Below are positions 12,848 to 25,400 of a stretch of DNA of 64,000 nucleotides, one piece after another. The stretch covers positions 70,680,001-70,744,000 of the forward strand of contig NW_026262712.1 of NCBI RefSeq assembly GCF_021869535.1. Direction: 5' to 3'. This stretch comes from Mytilus californianus (Eukaryota). The position numbers and the translations under genes were made by a program. The notes below the pieces were generated by a model that was not told the DNA's origin, made no database searches, and was given only the letters and a program-made list of their open reading frames with translations. Position 1 is the stretch's first letter. The number at the start of each line of letters is the position of its first letter.

Positions 12848-15800
12848 ACAAAATTTGAATCCTGGTGTCTATGATAAGTTAATTTGTCTCATTTTCAATC
12901 ATACCATATCTCCTTATTTTTTATAAAAACTATCATGAAATAGCAAAAATGACATGTATCATTATATAGAATGTAACAATTAGGTGCTATAAAGATAAAA
13001 GAAAAACCTGTCAATGCCACCCACCAATGAACATATTTAATCTGTTCAAGGACAATTACTCCAATATATATGTTTTGTTCTTTTAAACTTTTTCATAAAT
13101 ATCCTTCAAGAATAAAGTCATCAGATTGGTTACAATGCAATTTTTCATATAATTTCTATTTCCAAGAGGCATAACTCATGTAAAAATATTTGACCTTATT
13201 AAAAACTGTTTAAATAAATTACATTAAATTCCTACAAGGAATGTAGAGTGCTTACAATGCAATTTTGAATATAATTTACATTTCCTAGGATCATAACGCC
13301 TGTAAAAATTATTGGTCAGTGCTGATTTTTGAACTCCTATGAGACTGCATATATTTAGCCTTTGCATAAAAATCTGTCAAAAATGTAGGTTTGAGAGAGC
13401 TTTTAATGCAATAGTCCATAGAATTTACATTTGCAAGGGACATAACTCCTTATCAACAAGAAGTGTCACAGAATAGAAGTTCCTTCATAATATAAGTTCC
13501 AAAAGGAAAAAATATTCTGGAATACTATTTCCACAGGAATAAATATTACAGTATATGTTCCTAACGATATAAATGGTATAGAATATTTGTTCCAACAGGA
13601 ATAGATATTATGACATTGTTTATAACAAAGTTTCCAGTGGAACTTCTGTTAGGCGGAACAAATATACGTTGACAGAAGCAAACCTGTATTGTGCAAAAAC
13701 TGCCAGTTTGCTGATAAGGACTATTATATGAACATACTATATTTACTCTTGTATTGCTGATCATTTTTGCATTTTACATGTTTAACAAAGCTCCTATAGT
13801 TTTCACAATAATGGCCCAAAAATACAAAAAAATACATATTTCAAGTGCAACTACTCCAAAACAGGTAAACAGATTTTCCACAGTTTCAGGAGGGGTGCAG
13901 CTTGTCATGATGATAATTTTTGCAATTTACACTTTTTGCTAGTTCCTTCAATTTTTGAAAATATGTCAAGGAAATGCCAAAAAACTATTCTTCAAACCCA
14001 CAAAAATAAAAAACCTGCAACAACTACATTGATCAATTGATTGTGGTTTGCTTCACATCCAGAGGAATATATTTCATGCATGTCCATAATGAGAAGAAAT
14101 TAACAATAAAGCTTCATTGGCAGGCTTTGGTAAATTGGCTACACTAGATGAAGAGTGGGAAATTTGATCTGCCACAGAAAAAGAGAGTATTGTAAAGTAG
14201 TTTATTTTCCTGGAATTTAAATTTTGCAAGTTGTGGTTCAAAACCGGTTCACAAAGATCTCACTTTCAATTTTCTTGTACCTGATTCGAATCTTCTTTGC
14301 ATAACAAAAATGAACAAGGGAATAATTTCACAAATTTATCTTAAATGGCAAAATTTTGTAAAAAAAACCCTGACGAAAATTTCCCCTTTACGGTAATTGT
14401 TGAATAGCAGTAAAAATTTTGCCTTTTTCAAGCCAACTATGGACCACTCAAAGGATTGTTGAAGGATTCTCTAACTTACAAATACCATTGCATTCTCCCT
14501 ACATGCAAGATTTATATCCTCATACAGACTGGACATACACATCCTCTCTGCATGCATATCATGTTTACTGCTAAGCAGGACAAGTACAGAAGACAATAGC
14601 CTACTCCAGTTAACTTTTTGGTAAATCATTTAACAAATAAAATGAGTATTGTCTTCCTTAAGAAAACTTAGTCACCTTACATGCTATCACACTAAAAAAA
14701 ATGCATCATTGAAACATGTTACATGATGCTAGGTCATTTAGTTTATGGTAACTTATATGTATGTTTAAAAACTAATCAAAGCCACAACACCATACAACAT
14801 CATTTACATGGGTCATGTTAATTGTCACAGTCTGACAGGTATCTGACAATCTTTCAAAGATGCTGACACCAAATTGCCCTCCATAGATGTGTATGTGGAC
14901 ATGGATGGCTTGGGGCATCCCAATATTCAATTTTAAACTTCATTAAGAGGGGGAACTATAGAGATATTATGTAAGTATATTCTCCAATGGCTGAGCCAGA
15001 CTAATAGTTTTGTTATAAATTAGGCTGTTAGTTTTCTCAATTGATTTGTTTCATATTTTTCATGTTGGGGCCTTTTATATTCGACTATCCAGTATGGGTT
15101 TTTCTCATTGTTGAAGACTGTACAGCTCCTATAGTTGCTTACATCCACTTCATTTGAACTTTGGTGGATAGTTGTCTCATTGGCATTCATACCACATCTC
15201 CTTATTTATATATTTATCATATATGTCATTAAACTGACATGATAGATGAATCTTTAGCATGCAATCTCTCAAAGTAATAGTTTGCTGAGAGAATTGTCAA
15301 TCCATCCAGACATATCTTTCTCATGCTGAGCTTTATGTAAGTCTTTATGTTATTACTTCTTAATGCAGCATGCTCATAAGCACAAAAGCAAAAATAAATT
15401 TTGGTCTTTGGTTAAACCTGGCCACAGAAACTGTCTGTTATGATGATACAAAAATAAATCTCATCATTGAATGCAATTCTATATAAAACTATGGCACAGA
15501 CATTACAATATAGCACAGACATTACAATATAGCACAACAATTTAACTAAATAGATTCATAGTAAAACACAGGCACTTTACAAACAATCATTTCATAAATA
15601 CGTTTTCATCATTTAATAATATCTTCTAATGATAAATGTCCGGGCATCTAACAACATTGTTCAGACTTATTTTTTTTAATTTTTTTTTATAAAAAAAGTT
15701 TTAATTAATTTCACAAAACATAGAACAATTCAATTGAATGAAGTGAAATTCTTTCTCTCTTTCCTTGCATTTGCATTACAACACAAATACAATAAAATAA

Positions 15801-16330
15801 AAATTCACAACATGCAAATGGTGCATAAATTCATTTTGCAATTTTTTCTATCTCAGAAATTTTGTGATGCTATCAATATCGTTAATATTGTGACACGATA
15901 GGTTTCACAAAAATAATAAGCTGTATTTTAGATTTTGATAGTCTTATATGTATGCAAAATGTCTTGAAATCAAAAAAAAATAATGCAGTAGATTTGTCCA
16001 TTGTTTACAAATTGCAATATTTAATGCATGCACAAATTCTGTATTTATAGTATTCACCATTAATCAATATTGAAAATTGGAGAAATTGGTAAAATTCATT
16101 CACCTAAGTCTATTTTTTTATGTAAAATATATCAAACTTGGCCAACAACATTCTCTAGCAGGGAAATGAATAAATAACAGTTTTCAACTCTTATAACAAG
16201 ACCAGTATCAGTTTCACATGAATGTTAAATTACTTCAGATACACCTGAAAAGAATAAAAAATCTTCCAGTATAATTTTCAAGATTCTCATAAGTACATGC
16301 ATAATAGTTTGTTTCTACTTTCCTTCAACA

Positions 16331-16483
16331 TCAAGAATCTGATTCAAAAGATAGTTCACTTCCCCTTTTCCTAAGTGTTTTTTTATGGTGTAACTTTTCT
16401 TGTCCCTGTCTACGTAAGGCATTATTCAGTCTTGTGGCTCCCCACATCCACAGCCATTCAGGAATGCTATCTGATATCCATGC
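16331..16483 (-). CDS. HSDL1: HSDL1 exon 9 ([26 protein letters not shown]...ESDS*)
   Basis: TAG acceptor; PEWLWMWGA matches the HSDL1 C-terminus; TGA at 16333-16331. Confidence 0.92.
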   Translation of the reverse strand, partial: AWISDSIPEWLWMWGATRLNNALRRQGQEKLHHKKTLRKRGSELSFESDS

Positions 16484-19400
16484 CTATAATAAAATAAAGT
16501 TATATTACATATACATACATTGGATGGATTATGAAACTCAGATCAGGAGGCATTTTATTGACTTAAACTTTGTCGTAAATGTAACCATCTGATGTAAAAT
16601 TTGTTTTTTAAAGTGTTTTTTCTTCAATTTTCCACCTGAATGTAATGTGTTTACAGTACCCATGTAGCCATTCTGTTTGAATGATATCACTTGAAAGAAA
16701 TATTGAGAAGATTCTTGTTTTGTTTTTGATTGTTGACTGCTAATAAATAAAGTACTATGAGTACTATGAGTATGATTTAACCTTTTTTTTTTAGTATTAA
16801 GAGAAAATCAAAGTATAGTGTTTTATTCATGCCTCCATCTTATTTATTTGTATTGAATGTCATTGGCGTAGATATATAAAAATGAAATATGCTATACATT
16901 TATAAAATGATAAATAGATGAAAAATTAACAAACAATAGTCATGCATGGTTTTTAAGCATTAAGAACGTCATTTTGCTAGAAAACTTAGTACTCAATATT
17001 TCAAACGCCGTAAAATATATTAGCTAAAGTACTGTCAATTTTACAGTGACAAATGTTATTTAAAAATTAAAGCACTGGTCTTGGAACACTGGGTCATGTA
17101 AGAAGTACAAGCTGCCTTGGCTGCCTTTAATACACTTGACTCTGTACTAAAGTAATCAGGATCCTTGAAACAGTTTATTGTAGCTTTTAGGAGGCTGTGA
17201 ATTGTATTTTGAATCAATGCTTATCTGATGTCAGTTAGAACTGAAACTATTATATAATGTCCCAGGTTTGGATCTTCTTTAGCATGCTGAAGGTCCTTAA
17301 TGTCTGCACTGGAGTGTGGCATAGTCAATGTTTCTTTGCTGAGTTGAAAATTTATTAAATGTTTTTTCGGCATCAAAACCTTCTGATCAATGTTTTGAAA
17401 ACAACTTTCCACTTTTCTATCAATGCCGGTATTTATCGGTGTGTGCCATAGACAGAAGCCATAACAAGTTTTTAATATCCTATCACCTGTTTTTTGTTCA
17501 ATCAAACTATTATCACTTGTTAATTAGCCACAGGCCAGGTCAAAATCTCCACATGTTGCCTAATCAGGTAATGTCAGTTACACAGGATATGTTCGATACA
17601 CTTGGGTTTTTAGGCCTTCAATAACAAACATTTGTAAACATCATAATAAAAAATGGTGCCTGAAATTTTTCATTCATGATAATTTTTATACATGGGATTT
17701 TTTATCTCTTCAATGTGAGGACAGGAGGAGACCCCTGAAAATGGGATTGTTGTACTCCCATCGGGAGGTTCACATGTATGCATATATATTAAAATAAGGC
17801 AACTATCCACTTAAGACCAATAGATGTGAATGTTCACAACTATAGGTCACCATGCAGCCTTCAATAATGAGCAAATTTCATACTGTATAGTAAACTATAA
17901 TAGCTCCCAGATAGACAAAATGTGAAACTTTCAAACATGAAAACCAATGGCCTGATTTATGTAAAAAAAATCAACAAATAAAAGAAGAACCTGTCTGAGG
18001 ACACGAATGCCCCCACTCAAGCTTTGCAATCTTCCAAGTTAAAAAGGGGCATAACTCTAGAACAGTAAATGACTCACAACCCAAATTCGAACTCTGTCTG
18101 CATGTTGAGGTTCTAAGCATTGTGAATGAGTTTTATAAAATTCACAAACTTAAGTAAGAGTGATAAACAAAAATGGTACAGACAGAAGAACTGACAGACG
18201 GACGGTCAAGGATAACACTTTATGCCCTGTTGCCTACAGGGGGCATAAAAACAAATATCGCAAACAACAACCAACAATAACCTACAAATATATTTGAATA
18301 CTTATTAAGTTGTTTTTCTCTCTAGTATTATTGATTTAAAACAATTTATGCAAGTATGAAAGTTACATGCAAATGAGCCTAACCCTGCTGTTGCTCATCA
18401 CGGACAACTAAATTTAAAGAGATAAACTTAATTCAAACTAGACAAAGAGCATTATCACACCAACCTTTAAAGTAATTCACAGCCAGCAAAGTGTTTGCAT
18501 ATTGTAATCTTAAACTTAACTTTTTTGTTTATATACACATCTAAGATGTTAACAAGTTTGTAATACTTAAAAATCTATATTGAAAGTAAAAAAATTGTTT
18601 AAGACTAATTTTTGCATATCAAATCCTGTAGTTTTCATATTAAAAAAAACATCTCTCTTAAAATGACAACATGCTCTCTTTTTTCGAAATAATGGCTATG
18701 AGTATCAAATACTTCAAAAATAAGTAAATGTATATATCACTGTATACATGTACCTGTATAGTATGTGGCCAGTATCCTGATGTTCTGCTACTATATCCTA
18801 GTGTAGCTATTGCTGACTTGGCATAGTTATCTGCTGATGGTATAAATAAACCTGGTTTAGATAATGTCTGACTATAGCGTGTCATTCTAGTCGCAACATA
18901 AAATGGCATCAGAGACTGTACAATAACTCCTGAGTTCCGGTACTCATATTGTAATCCCCTGGCAAAATAGTCCAGGAAATACTGAAACATAAAATATCAT
19001 CTTTTTGAGCTCAATGTACATAAATTATTGGAAAGTAAACAGATTTTCAGATATCTGATCCATTATCTGTTTAATTTTGAAGAAAAAGCCCATGGTATAT
19101 TCTTATATATATAAACTCGCTGCAATTGTTTGCACCTGTCCTAAGTCAGGAATCTGATGTTCAGTAGTTGTCGTTTGTTGATGTGGTTCATAAGTGTTTC
19201 TCGTTTCTCGTTTTTTATATAGATTAGACCGTTGGTTTTCCCATTTGAATGGTTTTACACTAGTAATTTTTGGGGCCCTTTATAGCTTGCTGTTCGGTGT
19301 GAGCCAAGGCTCCTTGTTGAAGACCGCACTTTGACCTATAATGGTTTACTTTTATAAATTTTGACTTGGATGGAGAGTTGTCTCATTTGCACTCATACCA

Positions 19401-22400
19401 CATCTTCTTATATCTATAGAAAAGATCCCTTTACTAAATGTTAGGTTCTTATGACTTTGTGTATATATCTATATATAGATACTATAATGGATGGTGACAC
19501 TTTAATATAATAAATCATCTTATTTTATCTGTAAATTCCAGCATTGGGCAATTCTGTCAATTCATGCAGATATAGTAACCATGGTAATATTGTTTTTTTG
19601 TCTGTAGTGTGGACCAATGAAAAAAGTCTTAACAGTTTGTTCATACATACTTTATATACATCAGAATGTCCTGGTTAAATGAATAAACATAAAGCATTGT
19701 TGCAGTTCAGTGCAGAACGTTTGGACTTTTGTTTTATTAATATAAATTCCATTGATTAACTTTGACTTAAAGTGCACTGACCAATATTTGAAGAGTTATA
19801 CACTTTACCCATACATTTTAAAAAGGAAGGCAAGCCCATCTACTGGTCATTTGAAAAAACTAATACAAAATGGATACATTCTTATTTATATCTATAACTA
19901 CAGTTCTGTATACAGATAATAATTCTACACAATTGACTGAAAGCATTTGCAATGTAGAAAATATTTGATGATTGCAACAATGAAAATTACCAAGAAAATA
20001 AATGCAATTTAGGAAAAGCACATGCATGCCATCAAGTTTTGTTCCACTTGTTTATAAAATGTGTATTGGTATATAGTGCAAATAAATTTTTGTGATAATA
20101 ATTGTTCAAATGTAAAAACTAAACTTTCTGGTAAGTGTTTTCAATTGCTTCTACTTTCCATGATTTTCACAATTTACGCTGCAGAACTATCAGGAGTTGA
20201 TTCTAAAGTCTTAAGTCTGTATGTCTATATGAACATGGCAAAAATAAAGGGGGTGAAAGGATAAAGTTTACAATTTTTTAACCAAATCACAGAACTTATT
20301 TGAAACAGAGACTGAAAAAAATTGTCAATTTTTAGTAAAAATGATTTGTTAATAGCTATCTGAAATGTTGTTTTCGCTAATTAATTCTTTATGATTCAGA
20401 CTGAATTCATTTCAATATAAATAATATAATTTTTTTGAACATCATATGGAGCATGCAAAATAATGGAAAATCTATCACTATAAAAAATACCTAAAGGGAG
20501 ACAATCTAGTTTGAAGATTTCGAAAACTGACATTTTTTATTATTAACTCCATCATTCTTATTTCATGGGTCAACTTAAAAATTTTGGAATGCATCAATAA
20601 TAGTGATATGTTTGCTTTACTTTGATATGGAATTCATATAATACATTTTCCATATCCAAAACAGCATATTAATATTATATATTATTTAAATAAAAGAACA
20701 GAGTTCCAATGTTTATATTTCCAAGGGCATCACTCTTTTAAAGAAAGTCGATCGTCCACCATTATAGAACTTGTCCGAGATATTGCTGATATTAACCAAT
20801 AGTATATAGTTTTATAAAAAATCTGGCAAGAATTGTACCCTTCATTTCCAAGGGGCATAACTCTTTTAAAAAAAGGCAATCGTCCACCATTATAAAACTT
20901 GTCCGATATATTGCTGATATTAACATATGGCATAAGTTTTATAAAAATCTGGCAAGAATTGTACCCTTCAGAGTGCTAACAAGGCCATTTTCCATAAATT
21001 AAATATTTCCAAGGGGCAAGACTCTTTTAAAAAAAGTCGATCATCCACCATTATAAAACTTGTCTGAGATTTTGCTGATATTAACCTATAGTATAAGTTT
21101 TATAAAAATCTGGCAAGAATTGTACCCTTCAGAGCGCTAACGAGGCCATTTTCCATAAATTAAATATTTCCAAGGGGCATAACTCTCTTAATAAAAGTCG
21201 ATCATCCACTATTATACAACTTGTCCGAGATATTGCTGATATTAACCTATGGTATAAGTTTTATTAAAATCTGGCAAGAATTGTACCCGTGAGAGTGCTA
21301 ACAAGGCCATTTTCCATAAATTTGATATTTCCAAGGGGCATAACTCTTTTTAAAAAAGTCGATCAGCCACCATTATAAAACTTGTCCGAGATATTGCTGA
21401 TATTAACCTATAGTATAAGTTTTATAACAATCTGGCAAGAATTGTACCTGTGAAAGCGCTCACAAGACTGTCGGACGCATGCACACACAGATGGACACAC
21501 GGACAGACGCACCCCGTTTTCCATGTCCCCCGCAACACGTTACGCAGGGGACAAAAAAATGAAAGTTACAACAAATAGAATATTATAAGCAAGCAACAAG
21601 ACATACTACGCTAACACTATTCTAACCGTTGTAGCAGCATACACTGTCATTTGTGGAGTAATTTTTGTACATGAACCTGAGGACACCATAACTATAGCTC
21701 CTTTTTTCCTGTAACAAACAATTTTTATACTCAAGTTTTACATTTTCTCTCAAAATCAGGCTCATAGGGTGAGAAAGATATGCTTAAATACCATAAAAGT
21801 ACTATGTTCTATACCAGTGTGCATTTTGCTTAGACTATAGAAATTGTCAACAAAATATATGTTTAGCCCTAAAAATTGAAAATGAAGGCAGCAACCAACT
21901 TCTATATTTCAGTATTCCACTAAAGAAATAAATTGTTTTCTGAATGAACATTTTCTTTTCACTGAAAAAGTCTGAAATCAAAAAAGGGAGGGCAAATTTA
22001 TGTAAGAATCTAAATATTCTTATCATTATCATCCTAAAGGTAAAAATTGGTGGTCAATCCAGGGGGTGAGTAGAGAGCATTAGCCCCAAACTTTTGATCG
22101 CCAAAACTTTTTTAAATCTTTTTTTTTTCATGATATGTATATAAATTTTTATTCAAAGTAGACCAAACTATTCTGGCCTTGCTCCGCTTGGTGATATGCA
22201 TTCAAATATTGGGAATTATGCCCCTCTCCCTTTAAAAAATCCTTGATCTGCCCTTGAAAATAATATAGATGTAAAAAACTGTTTAAAGGCAATAAAACTG
22301 TGAGAGAGCCCACAAAAGGATATCCCACACCACCTTAAGTCTATTGAAGTAAGTATTCTCTATTATCTCCTCTTTATTATGTTTGATCTGGATTACTTCC

Positions 22401-25400
22401 TTTATGCACATCTTATCATCATAAGGTAGTGTTATACTTATATCCATCCTGAAGTCTAGGAAGAGTTCCACTTACAAGGAACATGGAAATACAAATGGAC
22501 AGACAAGATAACTTCTATAGACTCCCCTCCCACTACCCCCCAAAATAAATTGTAGGATAAAATCAGTTCAACTGTGAAGCATTTGGGCAGCCATCCCAGA
22601 TTATCAGGTACAATGTTTTAAAGATTTATAATTTTCTATTATTTTTAAATTGACAATTCATCTTCTTTTTTAAATATAAATTTTGGTCATCTCAATGAAA
22701 AATTTAATTTTGGTATTTTCAGTACTTTTATGGTATTTTAAACTGTCCTTCGATAAAAAAAAGGAATGCATTAAATACATTCAATCATCTAACCTTTGTT
22801 GCTGCATAAACAGTCATTTGTGGTGTGATTTGGGAACTTGACCCAGAGGCAAGCATGATAACAGCTCCCTTCCCTCTACAACAGAAAACATCTAGTCCAG
22901 ATAATTATTCAACTATTTTGTGTTTAGCTTTCCTTTTAGAAGAAAATAAAGATATCAAAATGAAATATAAAATGCTCCGCTGGGCGCAGCTTGATACGAC
23001 TGCAGAGGTCGAACCCTGAACAGTTGGGGCAAGTATGGACACAACATTCAAGCTTGATACAGCACTGAATTTGGATTGTGATTAAATATTTGACACAGCA
23101 TAGGTTTCTGACACAGAGTGAATGTGGTCTAAGAACTTAAAAAGTTTTAATTTACCTATTCAAACCATATCATTATTATTTGCTTTTATATATAAATCAG
23201 GAATAACCAATTTTAAAAACGGAAAATTTTAAAGAAAAAAAAAGGAAAAAAAGGGAAAAAAAATCCCTCCCCCAAATTTTTTGAAACCCCTTATGATTCA
23301 TCACCCCCAAACTCAATCCCAGCCTTCCTTTTGTGGTATGGTACCTTGCAGTACAATTTCAGAGAGATCCATACACAAGTTATTGTCTGGAAACTAGAAA
23401 AATGCTTGTTTTTAGGCCCCTTTTTTGGCCCCAAATTCCTAAACGTTTAGGGCAATTACCCCCAAACTCAAACCCAGCTTTCCCTTTGAGATGTGGACCC
23501 TTGTAGTACAATTTCATAAAGATCCATACACTTACACACAAGTTATTGTCATGTAACTAGAAAAATGCTTGTTTTTTTCCCCTTTTTGGCCCCTAATTCC
23601 TAACATTTTGAGGCAATTACCCCCAAAATCAATCCCAGCTTTCCCTTTGTGGTATGGTACCTTGCAGTACAATTTCAGAGAGATCCATACACTTGAACAC
23701 AAGTTATTCTCTGGAAACTAGAAAAATGCTTATTTTTGGCCACTTTTTGGCCCCTTTTTCCTAAACGTTTTGGGCAATTACCCCCAAACTCAATTCCAGC
23801 TTTCCCTTTGTGATATGAAACCTTGTAGAACAATTTCAGAAAGATCCATACACTTACACACAAGTTATTATCATGAAACTAGAAAAATGCTTGTTTTTTG
23901 CCCCTTTTTTGGCCCCTAATTCCTAAAATTTTGAGGCAATTACCCCCAAAATCAATCCCAGCATATCCTTTGTGATATGGAACCTTGTGGTACAATGTCA
24001 GAGAGATCCATACACTAACACACAAGTTATGTCTGGAAGTTACAAAAATGTTTATTTTTGGCCCCTTTTTGGCCCCTAATTCCTTAACTGTTGGTACCAT
24101 AACCCCCAAAATCAATCCCAACCTTCCTTTTGTGGTATTGAACCTTATGGTAAAATTTCATAGAGATCCATTCACTTAAACTAAAGTTAGAGTGCGAAAA
24201 TCAATGTGTCTTTGGAAGACGACGTCGACAACGACGACGAGGTCATACCAATATACGACCACAAAATGTTTATGCTGTTGTATAATAAACTATTAGTGAA
24301 AACCATCATTCCATAAAGTCATAACTATCTGAACTACAGAAGATGATGCTGGGAACTTCAAGATTGTTTTGTTCTTTTCTCTGTATTTAAAAGTACAATC
24401 TTCATGCTTGAATAACCCTTATTTCTCAATGCATTCCGTGTAAGTTTACAAATCATAGTAAAGAAAGAATATAACATATTACAACAATAACTTAGGGAAG
24501 AAACACCCATTTACTAGAAATCTGAGCAATAAGTTTCTATTTTGATATTGGTTTCAAACTTATATAAATGAAATTATTTTTGCTGGCAGTGTTTTGTATA
24601 CATACTAACCTTTGAACCATCTGTGGCATTATGAGATGTGTCATCTGTAAATAAAACACTAGAATTACATTTTTTTCCAGAATATAAATAAAAAACTTTG
24701 CAATGCTGTGCTATGAATGTGTTAATATAAACAATAAGACATTTTATTTAGAGAAATCACCTCTGGTCTCTGCAATTGCTGCTGTCAAGAGTAAAAGTAT
24801 AATGTTGACTTACAAATATGAAACAAATTTATCAGTAATAAATTAAAATGCAGGGTGCAGCTTGATACAACCACAGAGGTCAAACCATTAACAGTTGGAG
24901 TAAGTATGGACACAACATTCAAGTTTGATACAGCTCGGAATTTGGATTGTGATTAAATATTTGACACAGCATTGGTTTCTGACACAGAATGAATGTGGTC
25001 TAAGGACTTCAAAATTTGAAATTGGACATTTACCGATTATGATCCAATATCCAAAATCTAAATACATGGTAAGTTTCAAGAATCCCAAGAATTCAATTTT
25101 TAATGAAATCAAACAGAGTTTAATTTTGGATCCTTTGGACCTCAATGTGGAATAATTTGATAATGGGGCCCAAAATCCAAATACACAGTTAGATTCAGCA
25201 TATCAAAGAACCCCTTATATTACATTTTTGTTGAAATCAAAACAAAGTTAATTTTGGGCCCAACTTGGACCAACTTGAAAACAGGGCCTAAAATCAAAAT
25301 ACTAAATATACCGTTAGATTCAGCATATTTAAAGAACCCCAAGAATGCAACTTTTGTTGAAATCAAACAAAGTTTAATTTAGGACCCTTTAGACCTTAAT

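Noticed and set aside
13120-13480. Possible further tandem array related to the 20.7-kb family (AGGGGCATAACTC-like motifs)
   Set aside because: Too degenerate and irregularly spaced to define boundaries by eye.
23675-24179. ORFs in the 161-bp array
   Set aside because: Translations of satellite-like units.
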